NCBI RefSeq assembly: GCF_001194135.2
Contig: NC_068990.1
Coordinates: 23,280,351 to 23,342,334 of the forward strand
DNA: 61,984 nt
Direction of reading: 5' to 3'
From: Octopus bimaculoides
Lineage: Eukaryota
Each line of letters opens with the position of its first letter. Positions within the stretch are counted from its first letter, which is position 1. A program made the position numbers and the translations under genes. Under the pieces are notes generated by a model. The model worked only from the letters and a program-made list of their open reading frames with translations. It was not told the origin of the DNA and did not search any database. Below are positions 39,850 through 51,697 of this stretch, piece after piece.

Positions 39850-40524
39850 TTAAATATTTCCAATATACTTTTTCGATTTTGCATTAATGACCACTCTCTT
39901 GGGAGTTAAGACTTTAGTTAAACGCTTCCTTCGTTTTTTGTGAGGAGTTAACAGTAACAACGTTGGTTTTATCGCCTTCCCACTATTAAAAAGCTTACCT
40001 TTCAACCTTGCCAGTTTTTTAGTACTCGTCGGGGTGGAAGCGTCGCTATTCGATTTCTTTAGCGACACGGACTTTATTTTGAGTTTCGGTAAGGGTTTTT
40101 CCTCAGATTTCGTGGGAGACATTTCGGGTTTCTCAGGAGACTTTTTGAGTTTCTTTGTTGTAACATTTTTCGGTTTACTTTCCTTAGAAGTTACTTCTTT
40201 GTTGGGTTTAGTTTTCGCTTTACTCTTTTGCTCCTCTTTAATAACTTTGAACGAACCATTAGCGCCCTTGCCGCTTATTTGTTGGAAATAACCTTCGTTA
40301 ACACCTCGAACTAAGTTCATCTTTAGACGAGTTTGTACATTTTTATCGTCTGATGATAAATTATACGTCACTTCAATATATTTGCTGATAGCCTGGCGAG
40401 ATGATCCTTTACGTTCATTTAAAAACAAAATTGCTTCTTTTATCATTTCATTATACGTCGGCCGCTTTACTTTGCGATTTGACTCTTTTGCAAAATTGTT
40501 TGTTGGCGGTAATTTCTTGGACAT
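39850..40524 (-). CDS. H1: Linker histone H1/H5-family protein, 224 aa, single exon, divergent (replication-independent-like) variant
   Basis: The ORF has a clear H15 winged-helix domain (RPTYNEMIKEAILFLNERKGSSRQAISKYIEVTY...GKGANGSFKV) and a Lys-rich tail with SPEK, SPTK, TPHK and TPKR motifs. The ORF track starts at a GTG (40539); the first ATG is at 40524 in the context AACAAT-ATG. Confidence 0.93.
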   Translation of the reverse strand: MSKKLPPTNNFAKESNRKVKRPTYNEMIKEAILFLNERKGSSRQAISKYIEVTYNLSSDDKNVQTRLKMNLVRGVNEGYFQQISGKGANGSFKVIKEEQKSKAKTKPNKEVTSKESKPKNVTTKKLKKSPEKPEMSPTKSEEKPLPKLKIKSVSLKKSNSDASTPTSTKKLARLKGKLFNSGKAIKPTLLLLTPHKKRRKRLTKVLTPKRVVINAKSKKYIGNI

Positions 40525-40570
40525 ATTGTTGACAGTCACTTGATTGAGATTCCTGTTTACCTAAATGCTT

Positions 40571-40604
40571 ATTTACTAATCGCCCTAGTTGCAAGCTATT
40601 TATA
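40571..40604 (-). promoter_or_regulatory. Core promoter of the H1 gene: TATA box plus Inr-like element
   Basis: Minus strand TATAAATA at 40604-40597, then ATTAGT (Inr-like, A at 40577) about 27 nt downstream and about 50 nt before the ATG. Confidence 0.65.
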
Positions 40605-41346
40605 TGATTTGGGAGAGTTCATCAGAATGGACGGGTGTTTATCTATACAAGAAAGAGATGGCGACAGAAAACTGAAGATTAGAATATTTTAATATACGAA
40701 AATACTTGAGCATAAGAATTTATGTCACTCCGTCTCAAGTTCAAATTCCGCCGAATTTTCACTGTTGCGTCTCAGTCTTTTGAAAACCCATATGATAATC
40801 TGCTTGTCCGTTCGCCCGTTTAGTCCAGTCAAATTAGCTGATTTTCCCCCAGAACCCACCAGTAATAGCAGCACAAATGAAACCTGTCAGATTTGTTCAG
40901 TAGGATACCCTTCATGATATACTAAAAATCCTACAAAATCTTTTGAATGGAACAATATTTTTTTCGGGGTTGAACTTTGGGATTTCAGTATTAGACGACC
41001 AAGGTACAGACAGGTAATGCAACACTTCTTATGTTCTAACCTATGTTTTTCTCGTATATCTTACACGTGGAAATGTCTGCCAAGCGATTTAGGGTGGCCC
41101 TATACCTTTACCAGGGATAGCCTCACCCCACCTTAACCCTTAACCGGCATTGTATGTGCAATACGATTGGTATAAAAAGTGTGTATGATATGGTATGTCC
41201 AAGTATTGGATTCTAAAGTTGAGTTGTTTGTACTGCATGTATGACATCAGTATAGATAGTAATATTCATAACTACATGTAGGTTTTCCCATAACGTCTGT
41301 CTTTAGGCCTATATCAATATTCAACCATTTTCTTTTCATGGTCATC

Positions 41347-43200
41347 ATGGCAAACTGCGTATTATGTAACAAGAAAGTGACAGATGGAGCAACAGTCACA
41401 CTGGATGGTAAAGGTTGTGAAGGTCGACAACATGATTCATGATACTAGGACTCTTGACTAGGCTCTGGGTCATTCCACTGAATGGGTATTATAGCATCTG
41501 TAACACCCAAATGTGTTGGCACCTCAGTGGTAAAACGTGTGTCTGTGACTGCAGAAGAGATCGCTGCAGGAGGATACGTCAGCATTAAGAAATTCATATC
41601 ACTTGGTGATGAACTTGCTAATATCAAGTGTGAAGTTCTACCAGAGAAACCCAAACACAGGAAAAGTCCTAAGGTAGATCTCTTGTGCAAAACGTCCCTG
41701 TCTATCCGGTTTCCAAGACCAGCATGGTCGGGTTACATGCAAATAATAAACAACAGAGACCACCCAGGACAGTCATCCACCATGTTCCTTCCCATTGTTG
41801 ATATGAACCCGAATGACATGATGCGTGACCAACTCAACCTTACACTTCGTTGCAGAGCATGCCAAGTGCTATGGAGTAACACCAGTGCTCATTTTTGATC
41901 AGCTTTTTTGATTCAAGGCAACTATAATTGTGGAAAGTGCTGGAGGGGACAGTCATCTACATCCACTTCTTTTAAGACTTGGGGTATTTCACACACTAAT
42001 GAGCTTTCTAGGTAGCACCGGGCACTTGATGAGAGGAACAGGCCTTCAAGAAATCTTGGAGGTGATCTTCGTTGGGAACACTGTCACCCATATATTAATT
42101 GAAAACGCAGCTGCTTGTGCCATTGGTGGTCATCTCCTTGTAGGTTCCATCCTTACACACTTCTCTTGAGCAATCTGTTGTGGAGCAAGTTGTCTTTATG
42201 TCTAATGCTAGTGGAATTAGAGGCAATAGGGAACCTCTATGATGGTCTCTTCTCTGGTGAAATCACGATCGATGATGTAGAATCATCTTTGTACCCGCAG
42301 GGTCTACAACAAAAGCTACTTGAGACACACAAGGACATGTTCGAATCGATCTACTGTCCTGCACGTCTGTGGCTGCAATACATGGGGATGATAGACATCA
42401 TGAGATCATTTACACGATCGCTACGAATCGGAGACTGGTCCTCCATGTGGAGACTTTGCAAACCATAATTCCGTACTTAGCTGCCTCAGGCCATAAACTG
42501 TACACGAAGTCATTGCACCTCTATCTGCAGAAGATGACAAAACTAGAACACACACACACACACACACACACCAATGTCTACCAGTTGAGGTTCCGCTAAC
42601 TATGTTGCAGAGGGATGAGTCGGCTTCGAATGGAGTCCCCCAGTCAATGAAGGACAGCAATTAGCTACAGTAATTACTGTCCCTTGTTTGCCAAGTTTGT
42701 TTGTCCAGGGACTATATATATAGTCAGGAAGAGTGACCGCTTTTGGTCTGGGTTGTCTCCTGACCTGGTGGTCCAACAGGTACTAATGAGAAGTCTGAAG
42801 ACGAGTGGAGGACTCAATAGAGGGAGAAGAATGACGGAAACACAAAGACTGGACTGATGTCTTTCAAGGCCTGTCTGTGCAGAAGTAAACATGTCAATGC
42901 AACAGCTGACATCCATCACGTACGAGACCAGATATCACTTAAAGACATATCACAAGCACGACAACCAAGGGGCAGTAGTTACTGTAGCTAGTTGCTGTCC
43001 TTCATTGACTGGGGGTCTCCATTCGAAACAGAATCATCCCTCTGCAATATAGTCAGCGAAACCTCAACTGGTTCCGAGATTAATGTGGATGATACAAAAA
43101 GGATCGGATATGACATTCTTAGTGAAATGGTTGGACGACGTGTCGTCAAGTACAGTTTCCAAAGGAAAGCCCAAACTGTGACTCTTGACTCTAAGTCCCG
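41347..43200 (+). mobile_element. Degenerate Academ-type DDE DNA transposase pseudogene
   Basis: Frame-hopping translation gives MANCVLCNKK..TLDGKGCE, WSGYMQ..HPGQSSTMFLPIVDMNP, STLHFVAEHAKCYGVTPVLIFDQ, LRLGVFHTLMSFLGSTGHLMRGTGLQEILE, RLWLQYMGMIDI, PYLAASGHKLYTKSLHLYLQKM, IVRKSDRFWSGLSPDLVVQQVLMRSLKTSGGLNRGR and YSFQRKAQTVTL, with many stops and frameshifts. These motifs match my recollection of the Academ (CXC/XPG-associated) transposases; the superfamily call needs a search. Confidence 0.75.
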
Positions 43201-43894
43201 TCTTTTTCGAAGAGAAGGAAAAGCTCCTGAAAGCTGTAAAGCCATAACTAGTTGATGCCATCTGGTCCGATTTCCCACCGATAATAGATTATCATATGCT
43301 TGGTGAACAACAAGAATTAAAATTGTAGTTTCAAATTTTAGCAGAAGGCTCTACATTTTAGGGACAGTGGGCTAATCGATTACATCAACCCAGTACTCAA
43401 CTGGTACTTATTCCATCGACTCTGAAACAATAAAAGGTAATGTCGACTTCGGTGGAATTTGAACTCGGAACGTAAAAACGGGCAAATGCTGCTAAGCATT
43501 TTTCCCACTATACTAACTGGCTGCCTTAGCGAGAATCAAAATAATCCTTTTACTAAAGGCACGAGGCCTGAAATTTTGGAGGAGGGGATGGGTCGATTAC
43601 ATCAACCCCAATGCGTAACTGGTACTTAATTTATCGACCTCGAAAGGATTAACGGTAAAGTTGACCCTGGCGGCATTTGAACGCAGAACGTGAAGACAAA
43701 CAAAATACTACTAAGCCTTTCACCCGGCTTGCTGACCATTCTGCCGACTCTCCGCCTTAGGGAGAATCAAAATAATGAGCTACATAGTTATTTGTAATAC
43801 ATTCTAGCAAATTCGAATATAAATATTCCAATTTATGTTTTGTTTCGTTCACAAAATAACAGCGAATGTTTGTTCATATCACATTTGATTCATT

Positions 43895-45195
43895 GACAGA
43901 AGTTACCCCAGAATCCCTTGTGCTAACAAATCGTAGAAAATGAAAATTCGTTCTCCTGTGAAGAATCCCAACTGCGATTAGCCTATACACGTTCGAAAAT
44001 TGCCGGAACGTTTAAAGAAGAGATATGAAAGTTGTTTAATGTTGCTTAATGTCGGTTGTATTGCTCATGTGACAGTCTGATGAAATAAATTAAATGTGAT
44101 GGTCTGTAGAGCGGATTTGTGTCGTCGTACATTGGTCAAAGTAAATATATTTAATTTCCAACCGCTCAATCCTGTATAGAAAAGGAGTGAATTATAGTTT
44201 AAAAGGGAAACATAAACTTGAAGGGCTGAGTTCAATGTCCTGCCACTGCTGTTATAGATTTAGAAGGGGACAGCTCCATTAGAACGACTTGAGAGAGATT
44301 CAATGAATGAAGACAAAATATTGAATGCTGCTACATCGATTAAATGGATATTTAAAAAAATTACCATCACCAATATATTCCACGTATTGCATTCCTTTCT
44401 TATCCAGACAATAAAAATATCCTGCCTAGATATACATCTAAAAGCAATAAAATCCAGATTTTCTTTCAAAACATCCCCTTGGATACACTATACGAATATA
44501 ACTGCCTTCCACTGAAAGAAAAATGCAATTTTATTTTACGAAACTACCAACCAATAAATGACTAGATTTCTCCTATTACCACGAACATCAGATGGCTTTT
44601 ACTCTTATTTTTCTCATTCACAAGCAACTCGATGATTTTTTTTTTCTTTTATTATCCAGAATATTTGCAAAGCTGTCAATAGACGTTTTCTAGCGATTAA
44701 AAAGGTTGGATTGATTTATCGTAAAAAGTCCGTGGTCGTTATAGACAATTGCTATTCGACGTTCGTCAATTGTATTCCTGCTGATAGATGATTCTAAATA
44801 GATCGATAATAATAACTCGGTATACCTAGCATTGTTGTTTATGATGGCGAAGAGGCGGTATGCAAAGGAAAATTATATATTATACAACTTGCCTTAACAT
44901 AAATTATTGTTTTACTTAAAAAAATAACGCAAAAATTCTAGTTTGCAAAAATGGGAAAAAGTGTACAACAATTGACTCAAGTTTGGCTGCGTTGGTTAGC
45001 AGATCATTTTGCTGCCACATTATTTTGTATTTGATCTTATTGCTTAGTAATTATATACCAACAAGAATCCCAGGTTTACCAGTGCCTTGTAAGAATGATT
45101 TGGCAAGCAGTACCAATAAGGTTGATGACTTATTAATAGATATCTGTTCTAGAAAAGTCGAGTAATTGGCGTAAGGCATAGATTAAGTATTATTG
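43895..45195. repeat. Diverged direct repeat, paralogous to 49605-50165
   Basis: Collinear blocks include GACAAAATATTGAATGCTGCTACATCGAT, AAATGTGATGGTCTGTAGAG and GTACCAATAAGG...GAAAAGTC.AGTAATT; 14 mismatches over one 73-nt block. Confidence 0.8.
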
Positions 45196-45724
45196 TCACT
45201 TAGTCCAAGCGACAAAATGAAAAGGCGTCAAGATAACAGGAAATCATAAGTTGTGACGTGCTTATCTAAAGAGGATATGGCATGGCGTAAATGACATTAA
45301 TTAACTTCAATCTGAAATTCACTGATTAAATAACGGTTTCAAATTTTGGCAAAAGGCCGGCAATTTCGTGCGAGGTGTTTGTCCATTACATCCACACATA
45401 TGGTGAATAGGTACTTATTTTAGCGACCCCGAAAGAATGAAAGGCGAAATTCGACCTCCGCTAATTCAGTTGATAGACACGATTTGTCTATAAGAAACAC
45501 CGAGGTGTTTAAGGCCGTGAGACTTGACACCCATCCTCCCTGTCCATCTAGCTACATGTAGGTACTTCAAAGTGTAACCATTCAATGGTGTTGGCCGCAG
45601 AATTACTGTAAAACTGATAAATCGCTCTTTAGCACATACTGCTCACTTTTAATCATCCTGTGTGTTTACGCCATGATAAATACATTTTTACCAAATCTTT
45701 CCAGACCTCTACGTCTATTTCAGT

Positions 45725-46111
45725 TGTTGTTGGCACTCCGTCGCTTACGACGTCGAGGGTTCCAGTTGATTCGATCAACGGAACAGCCTGCTCGTGAAAT
45801 TAACGTGCAAGTGGCTGAGCACTCCACAGACACGTGTACCCTTAACGTAGTTCTCGGGGATATTCAGCGTGACACAGTGTGACAAAGCAGACCCTTTGAA
45901 TTACAGGCACAACAGAAACAGGAAGTAAGAGTGAGAGAAAGTTGTGGTGAAAGAGTACAGCAGGGTTCGCCACCATCCCCTGCCGGAGCCTCGTGGAGCT
46001 TTTAGGTGTTTTCACTCAATAAACACTCACGACGCCCGGTCTGGGAATCGAAACTGCGATCCTATGACCGCGAGTCCGCTGCCCTAACCACTGGGCCATT
46101 GCGCCTCCACA
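45725..46111 (-). mobile_element. SINE family C, full length with 11-bp TSD
   Basis: tRNA-like head GGAGGCGCAATGGCCCAGTGGTTAGGGC...GTTTCGATTCCC and (CAA)n tail; TSD TCTATTTCAGT at 45714-45724 and 46112-46122. Confidence 0.9.
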
Positions 46112-47429
46112 TCTATTTCAGTAAATAAAGTACAAATCAAATGGAATTCCAAATATATTAATTAAAAACATTAATTAAATTACACAAATCTATTAACATT
46201 GATTTCCATCAATAATGTTTTGCTTCAGTCTAATGATAAATATTCCACTCTGCTTCCAATATTTACTAGCACCGGGTATGTGTAATTTCAGACCAATTTT
46301 CCACAATCATTTAAAGCCACTTCACTTCACTTATATCATTATTATTTTTTTCCTTTTAAATGAAACTTGTATGACTCTCTGTTTTCTCCCCCTCCTTTTC
46401 AAAAGTGTAATATTATTATTGCTGTTTGTAAGAATTAAATTCTTTGAAGATTTAAAACGCTGTGAAAAACTATATCGTGTCTGTTGTGTATTGATTTTTA
46501 ATTTAAGTAGAAAGCCTCAATTACAGCGGGATAGGTGTAATAATATTGATTACTAACACAGGCAGTAGACCTCAAATTTGGCGGTGAGGTGGTATTGTCT
46601 GTTATACCAACCAAAATAATTGAGGACAATATTTGATTGACTGCTTCTTCATCAACCCCGAAAAAAGGACCAAAAATGAAAATTGTGCTAAAAGAAATCT
46701 AATCTAAGAGCTTTGGTTATTTGATCCGACGCTATGCAATTTCTACCGGTTTACCGTCCTAGTTAGAGCTGCGTGTATATTGTAAATATCAGGGATGGTT
46801 CAAGCTATGGAGGGGCGAACGGAACATAGTGCTCTATTTAATTCCGTCTTCAGATGATGTCGGTATCGAATTCACAATTCCTTAATAAGGTTTCTATGAA
46901 ATACGTAACAATAATTTCTCAGATTTACTTTATTTTATCGACTCCCTAAAGGATTAAAAGTTGAATTCAACGGGATTTGCACTCAGTGTGTAAAGAGCCC
47001 CAACAAATACCACAAGGTATGTTTATCCAATATGCCAAAGATTCCGCCACTTCGCCTCATTGACATACAATCCCCTAATAATATTGATGTTTACTTAATA
47101 CTACTACTTGTATATTGAGGTGACAACAGGGATCATAGAACAACATTATGCCACCAATTTGCACACTATTTTGTTCTCAAAGGCGCCGAGCTGGCAGAAA
47201 CGTTAGCACGCCGGGTGAAATGCTTAGAGGTATTTCGTCTGCTGTTACGTTCTGAGTTCAAATTCCGCCGAGGTCGGCTTTGCCTTTCATCCTTTCGGGG
47301 TCGATAAATTAAGTACCAGTTACGCACTGGGGTCGATATAATAGACTTAATCCTTTTGTCTGTCCTTGTTTGTCCCATCTATGTTTAACCCCTTGTGGGT
47401 AATAAAGAAATAAGAAACGTTAGCACGCC

Positions 47430-48474
47430 TGTTGGTGTCGGTTGTCTTTTTTACGAAAGATCAGTGAAAATTGTGAAAATTGTGTTTTATTTTGTATTGC
47501 ATTATTGAACATTTGTATTGCTGTTTTACGGTTGAACTGTTTTGTGCTATTCTCCTTTTTGCGGGGGCTGTGTAGCTTCAAGGATATCCTATTCGAATTG
47601 CATGAGCTCGTCTCCTCAGAAGAGGAACTCTTTAGAACAATTGAAAACGTAGGCAAGATGAATTTTGCAAAGGCAGCTAGAAGCTACCAGAGAAATATTA
47701 ATTTGATGGAAGTAATGTAAATTTATCCCCGCCCCAAGTCAAAAAGAGAAATTAACAGTATTTCGAACGCTTTCGGCAGAGAGTAAAAAAATAAAAATAA
47801 TGACTCAAAGTCAAATTCAAAAGACATTAATGCCCATATGGGGCAAAATAATGCACATTAATAGAGGCAGGAAGTACGGCAATGGTTGGAGGGACGGTTC
47901 AGGGATGAAGCAACCGCCAGGCTGAACTCTGTAACCTCGCTGAAAACAAGGGATGTAGTGCTCCTACCCACCTACCTGGGAAGACGTACTACCAGGGTGA
48001 AGGTGGAAGAACTACTGCCAGAGATAAATGCAGCCTGGTTGGTAGACACGATCATGTTAGGGTTGGAGAAGAAAGTGTGGGTCCTCCAATCCACGTGCAC
48101 GGCCCATTAAAACTGACAGGGGCAAGGGCTCGAGTTATTCATTCACGCCACTCCTGAAGATATTGAAAAGATCATAGAAACCATCACTATGGAAGATGTA
48201 ATGCTGAGGGTTAAAGTGGAGGGCAGAATACCTAGGTGCTATCAATGTGGCCAAAAGGGTCACATTAGGGTTGACTGCCCTTTACCACCCGCTGACACCA
48301 AAAACAAAAAGGAAACTGCACCCCCGCCTCCACCAGAAACCAATACAGAGACAACATCAAAGGACGACGAAAAATGGGAAAAATAGAAAAGAAAAAGAAA
48401 AAAGAAAGACACAAACTGACAGTGATGAGTCCCACCCCACGCCCACCCAGCTTCACACAAGCCCACTTTGAAAG
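47430..48474 (+). mobile_element. 5' region and broken ORF1 (CCHC zinc knuckle) of an L1/Tx1-like LINE
   Basis: The putative start MNFAKAA is at 47658. In-frame segments 47886-48386 with two stops end in VKVEGRIPRCYQCGQKGHIRVDCP (C-x2-C-x4-H-x4-C, 48237-48278). The sequence runs into the N-gap 48475-49047. Confidence 0.7.
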
Positions 48475-50480
48475 NNNNNNNNNNNNNNNNNNNNNNNNNN
48501 NNNNNNNNNNNNNNNNNNNNNNNNNNNNNNNNNNNNNNNNNNNNNNNNNNNNNNNNNNNNNNNNNNNNNNNNNNNNNNNNNNNNNNNNNNNNNNNNNNNN
48601 NNNNNNNNNNNNNNNNNNNNNNNNNNNNNNNNNNNNNNNNNNNNNNNNNNNNNNNNNNNNNNNNNNNNNNNNNNNNNNNNNNNNNNNNNNNNNNNNNNNN
48701 NNNNNNNNNNNNNNNNNNNNNNNNNNNNNNNNNNNNNNNNNNNNNNNNNNNNNNNNNNNNNNNNNNNNNNNNNNNNNNNNNNNNNNNNNNNNNNNNNNNN
48801 NNNNNNNNNNNNNNNNNNNNNNNNNNNNNNNNNNNNNNNNNNNNNNNNNNNNNNNNNNNNNNNNNNNNNNNNNNNNNNNNNNNNNNNNNNNNNNNNNNNN
48901 NNNNNNNNNNNNNNNNNNNNNNNNNNNNNNNNNNNNNNNNNNNNNNNNNNNNNNNNNNNNNNNNNNNNNNNNNNNNNNNNNNNNNNNNNNNNNNNNNNNN
49001 NNNNNNNNNNNNNNNNNNNNNNNNNNNNNNNNNNNNNNNNNNNNNNATAGCGGTATTTCGTTTGTCTTTATGTTCTGAGTTGAAATTCCGCCGAGGTTGA
49101 CTTTGCCTTTCATCCTCTCGGGGTCGATACGGAAAATTAAGTACCAGTTGTGTACTGAGGTTGATCTAATCGCCTGCCCCCCCCCCACCTCCAAAATTTT
49201 CGGGCCTCGTGCCTAGAGTAGAAAAGAATATTTTGTTCTCAGAAGCACTTGGAAACTTCGTACAAACAATAGGATCTATTCTTTTGCACACTTTTTCGTC
49301 CACGACATTAAGTTTTCAGATATCCGCCTTCCAATTCCTTAAGTAAAGAAAAAAAACTTGGCTGTCGCAAATAGGAAAGTATCCATATTATTTATCTGGA
49401 ACCAAGAATCACTTTTTAAAATTTTTGTCACGTATTAGCGTTGATAGTATCAATTTATACCACCACTCAAACTTGCTCTTCTTGAACCGGCCTTATCAGT
49501 CCTTAGGTCCCTCAAAAAGTGTACCTAAGCACTTCAGCGAGGTTATTTTCTGATATTAAGTTGTGTCTGTGCAAATTGGAACCAACTCCTTTACAACGGT
49601 TCATTAGCAGAAAGGATCCTGGAATTCCTGGTGCTACTGGATCGTGGCAAATGAAAAGTTGTTTTCCTGCGACGAATCTTAATGGCGATTATCCTATGCA
49701 CGTTCGAATCTGCTGGAACGCTTAAAGAATAAATATGGAAGCTGTTTAATGTTGTTTAATGTTGTTAACTTTATATTGTGAGTCAGTATAGGTTGCATTG
49801 ATCGTGTGGCAGTCTGGTAAAATAAATGTGATGGTCTGTAGAGTGGCTCTTGTGTTGTACAGCTGCCAGGGTAAATATATATATAACTTCCAACCACAGA
49901 TTCAATCAGTTGACAAAATATTGAATGCTGCTACATCGATCTAATGTGTATCTTAAAACTTTACCATCAGCGATACGTTCCATACATTGCATTGTTTTCT
50001 TATCCAAACAATAAAAATACCCTGTCGATATATACATCTAAAAAGCAATAAAATGTAGGTTGTGTGTCTGATTTGACAAGTGGTACCAATAAGGGGATGA
50101 GCCATCAATAGATATTACTTCTCTCGAAAAGTCAAGTAATTCGTGTAAGGTATTGATTAAGTATTTCTACAATAGGCACAGGAAGAAAGGGAATGGTCGA
50201 TTAAATCGATTCCAGTGCTCGACTGGTTCTTAAGTCATTGACTCTGAATGGATGAAAGTCAAAGTTGACCTCGGCGGAATTTGAATTCCGAACATAGAAA
50301 CGGACGAAATGACCCTAAGCATTGTGTCCGGCATGCTACCGATTGTTCCAGCTCGCTGCCTTCACTTACATACAATATCTTGACAATTTAGCGATTGCAG
50401 GTCTGTCGTGATCCTAGTCTTATACACCGGGGAAACTACCGATAAACCGGCCGCGTGAGTCGTAAAGCTCGAGGAAAATT

Positions 50481-51125
50481 ATAATGCATTCATTTTCTTT
50501 ATTACACACTAAATATAACGGATCTTTTTTAAAACGGGGGCCACATTTTTCATTAACGAAACACTTTGAAACTTGGAACACTGGTAGAATGTGTCATATA
50601 AAACATCTTTTTCTCTTAGTCTTCTTTAAAAAGAAAGAAATCCATCAGTTATTCCATGTTAAAGTTGTCGTATTTCTGTAATTTCAACCAATCACTGACG
50701 TCCATTCAGCCGATATACATTAAGTGCCGACTACATAAACAAACGATTCTGAAACAATTAACCCTAACCCTAACCCTAACCCTAGGGTTAGGGTTAGGGT
50801 TAAAGCAAATTTAAAATGAAAAAAGCAAATAAAACGAAGGTATGGAGATTAAATACGCTTTACATCGCTTAATCAGCCAAAGGAGTAAATATAAACAACT
50901 GAATACTTGTCAGTGATTGGTTGAAATTATCGAAATAAGACAATTTTTTACATGAAATAAATTCGAATACAAAAATATTTTTCTGTTCTATAACACAAAA
51001 TAGATAAGTATACGAAGTTTGAAAGTCTTTCCGTACCAAAAACACTACGTAAAACATTAATGAAAAATGTGGCCCCCATTTTAAAATAGATCCAAAATAA
51101 CTTTGCATACATCTACTAAATTCCA
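50481..51125. mobile_element. Bipartite non-autonomous element (arm A - (TAACCC)n core - arm B), copy 1
   Basis: The arms share the inverted motifs GGATC..TTTTAAAA.GGGGGCCACATTTTTCATTAA and TAATTTCAACCAATCACTGAC. Both arms recur, in opposite order, at 59775-60490. Confidence 0.65.
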
Positions 51126-51697
51126 ACTATAGTGGAAATTAATTTTATCAAAATGTCCATTATATAATAGAGCAGAATAGACAAAATTCTCTCCTTCATT
51201 TATTTAATACAAAATGTGATAAATAAAACAGCAACAGTTATTTATTACATGTAACTCAACAATAACGACTTTCTGAACAATGTAATCTTTGCTTTCAACC
51301 TTGTTTTCTTTTCTATTTTCAGTGTTGTATTTGAAAGCTTTTTATCTGAACAATTGTTCTCATGTTCAAGGCGCCAACTGAAGTGTTCAAAATTATCTGT
51401 TTTCGTCTGGCACCTGCTACACTACGACCGCACTTTATAGTCTACAGATTTTTCAATGGCCAGAGAAACACCGTTTTATAAACATCAATACATCCACGTC
51501 AAACAATCACTGTATCATTAAACAATAAAGACATCCCATTCATTTGCCTTTCACATTTATAGAAACCCAATAAAGTTGTGTTGTTATCAAAGACATTTTA
51601 GCCTTATTTATGTATTAATTAATTAATTTGCATTTTAAGTTATTCTGTTTTACTATCTTCCAGGGGATTATCACTTCGGCAATTGTTCGGAAGGATT

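Noticed and set aside
40034-40291. 85-aa plus-strand ORF
   Set aside because: Antisense shadow of the H1 coding sequence.
50765-50802. Telomere fusion site
   Set aside because: The repeat orientation is opposite to an end-to-end fusion, and it is embedded in an interspersed repeat.
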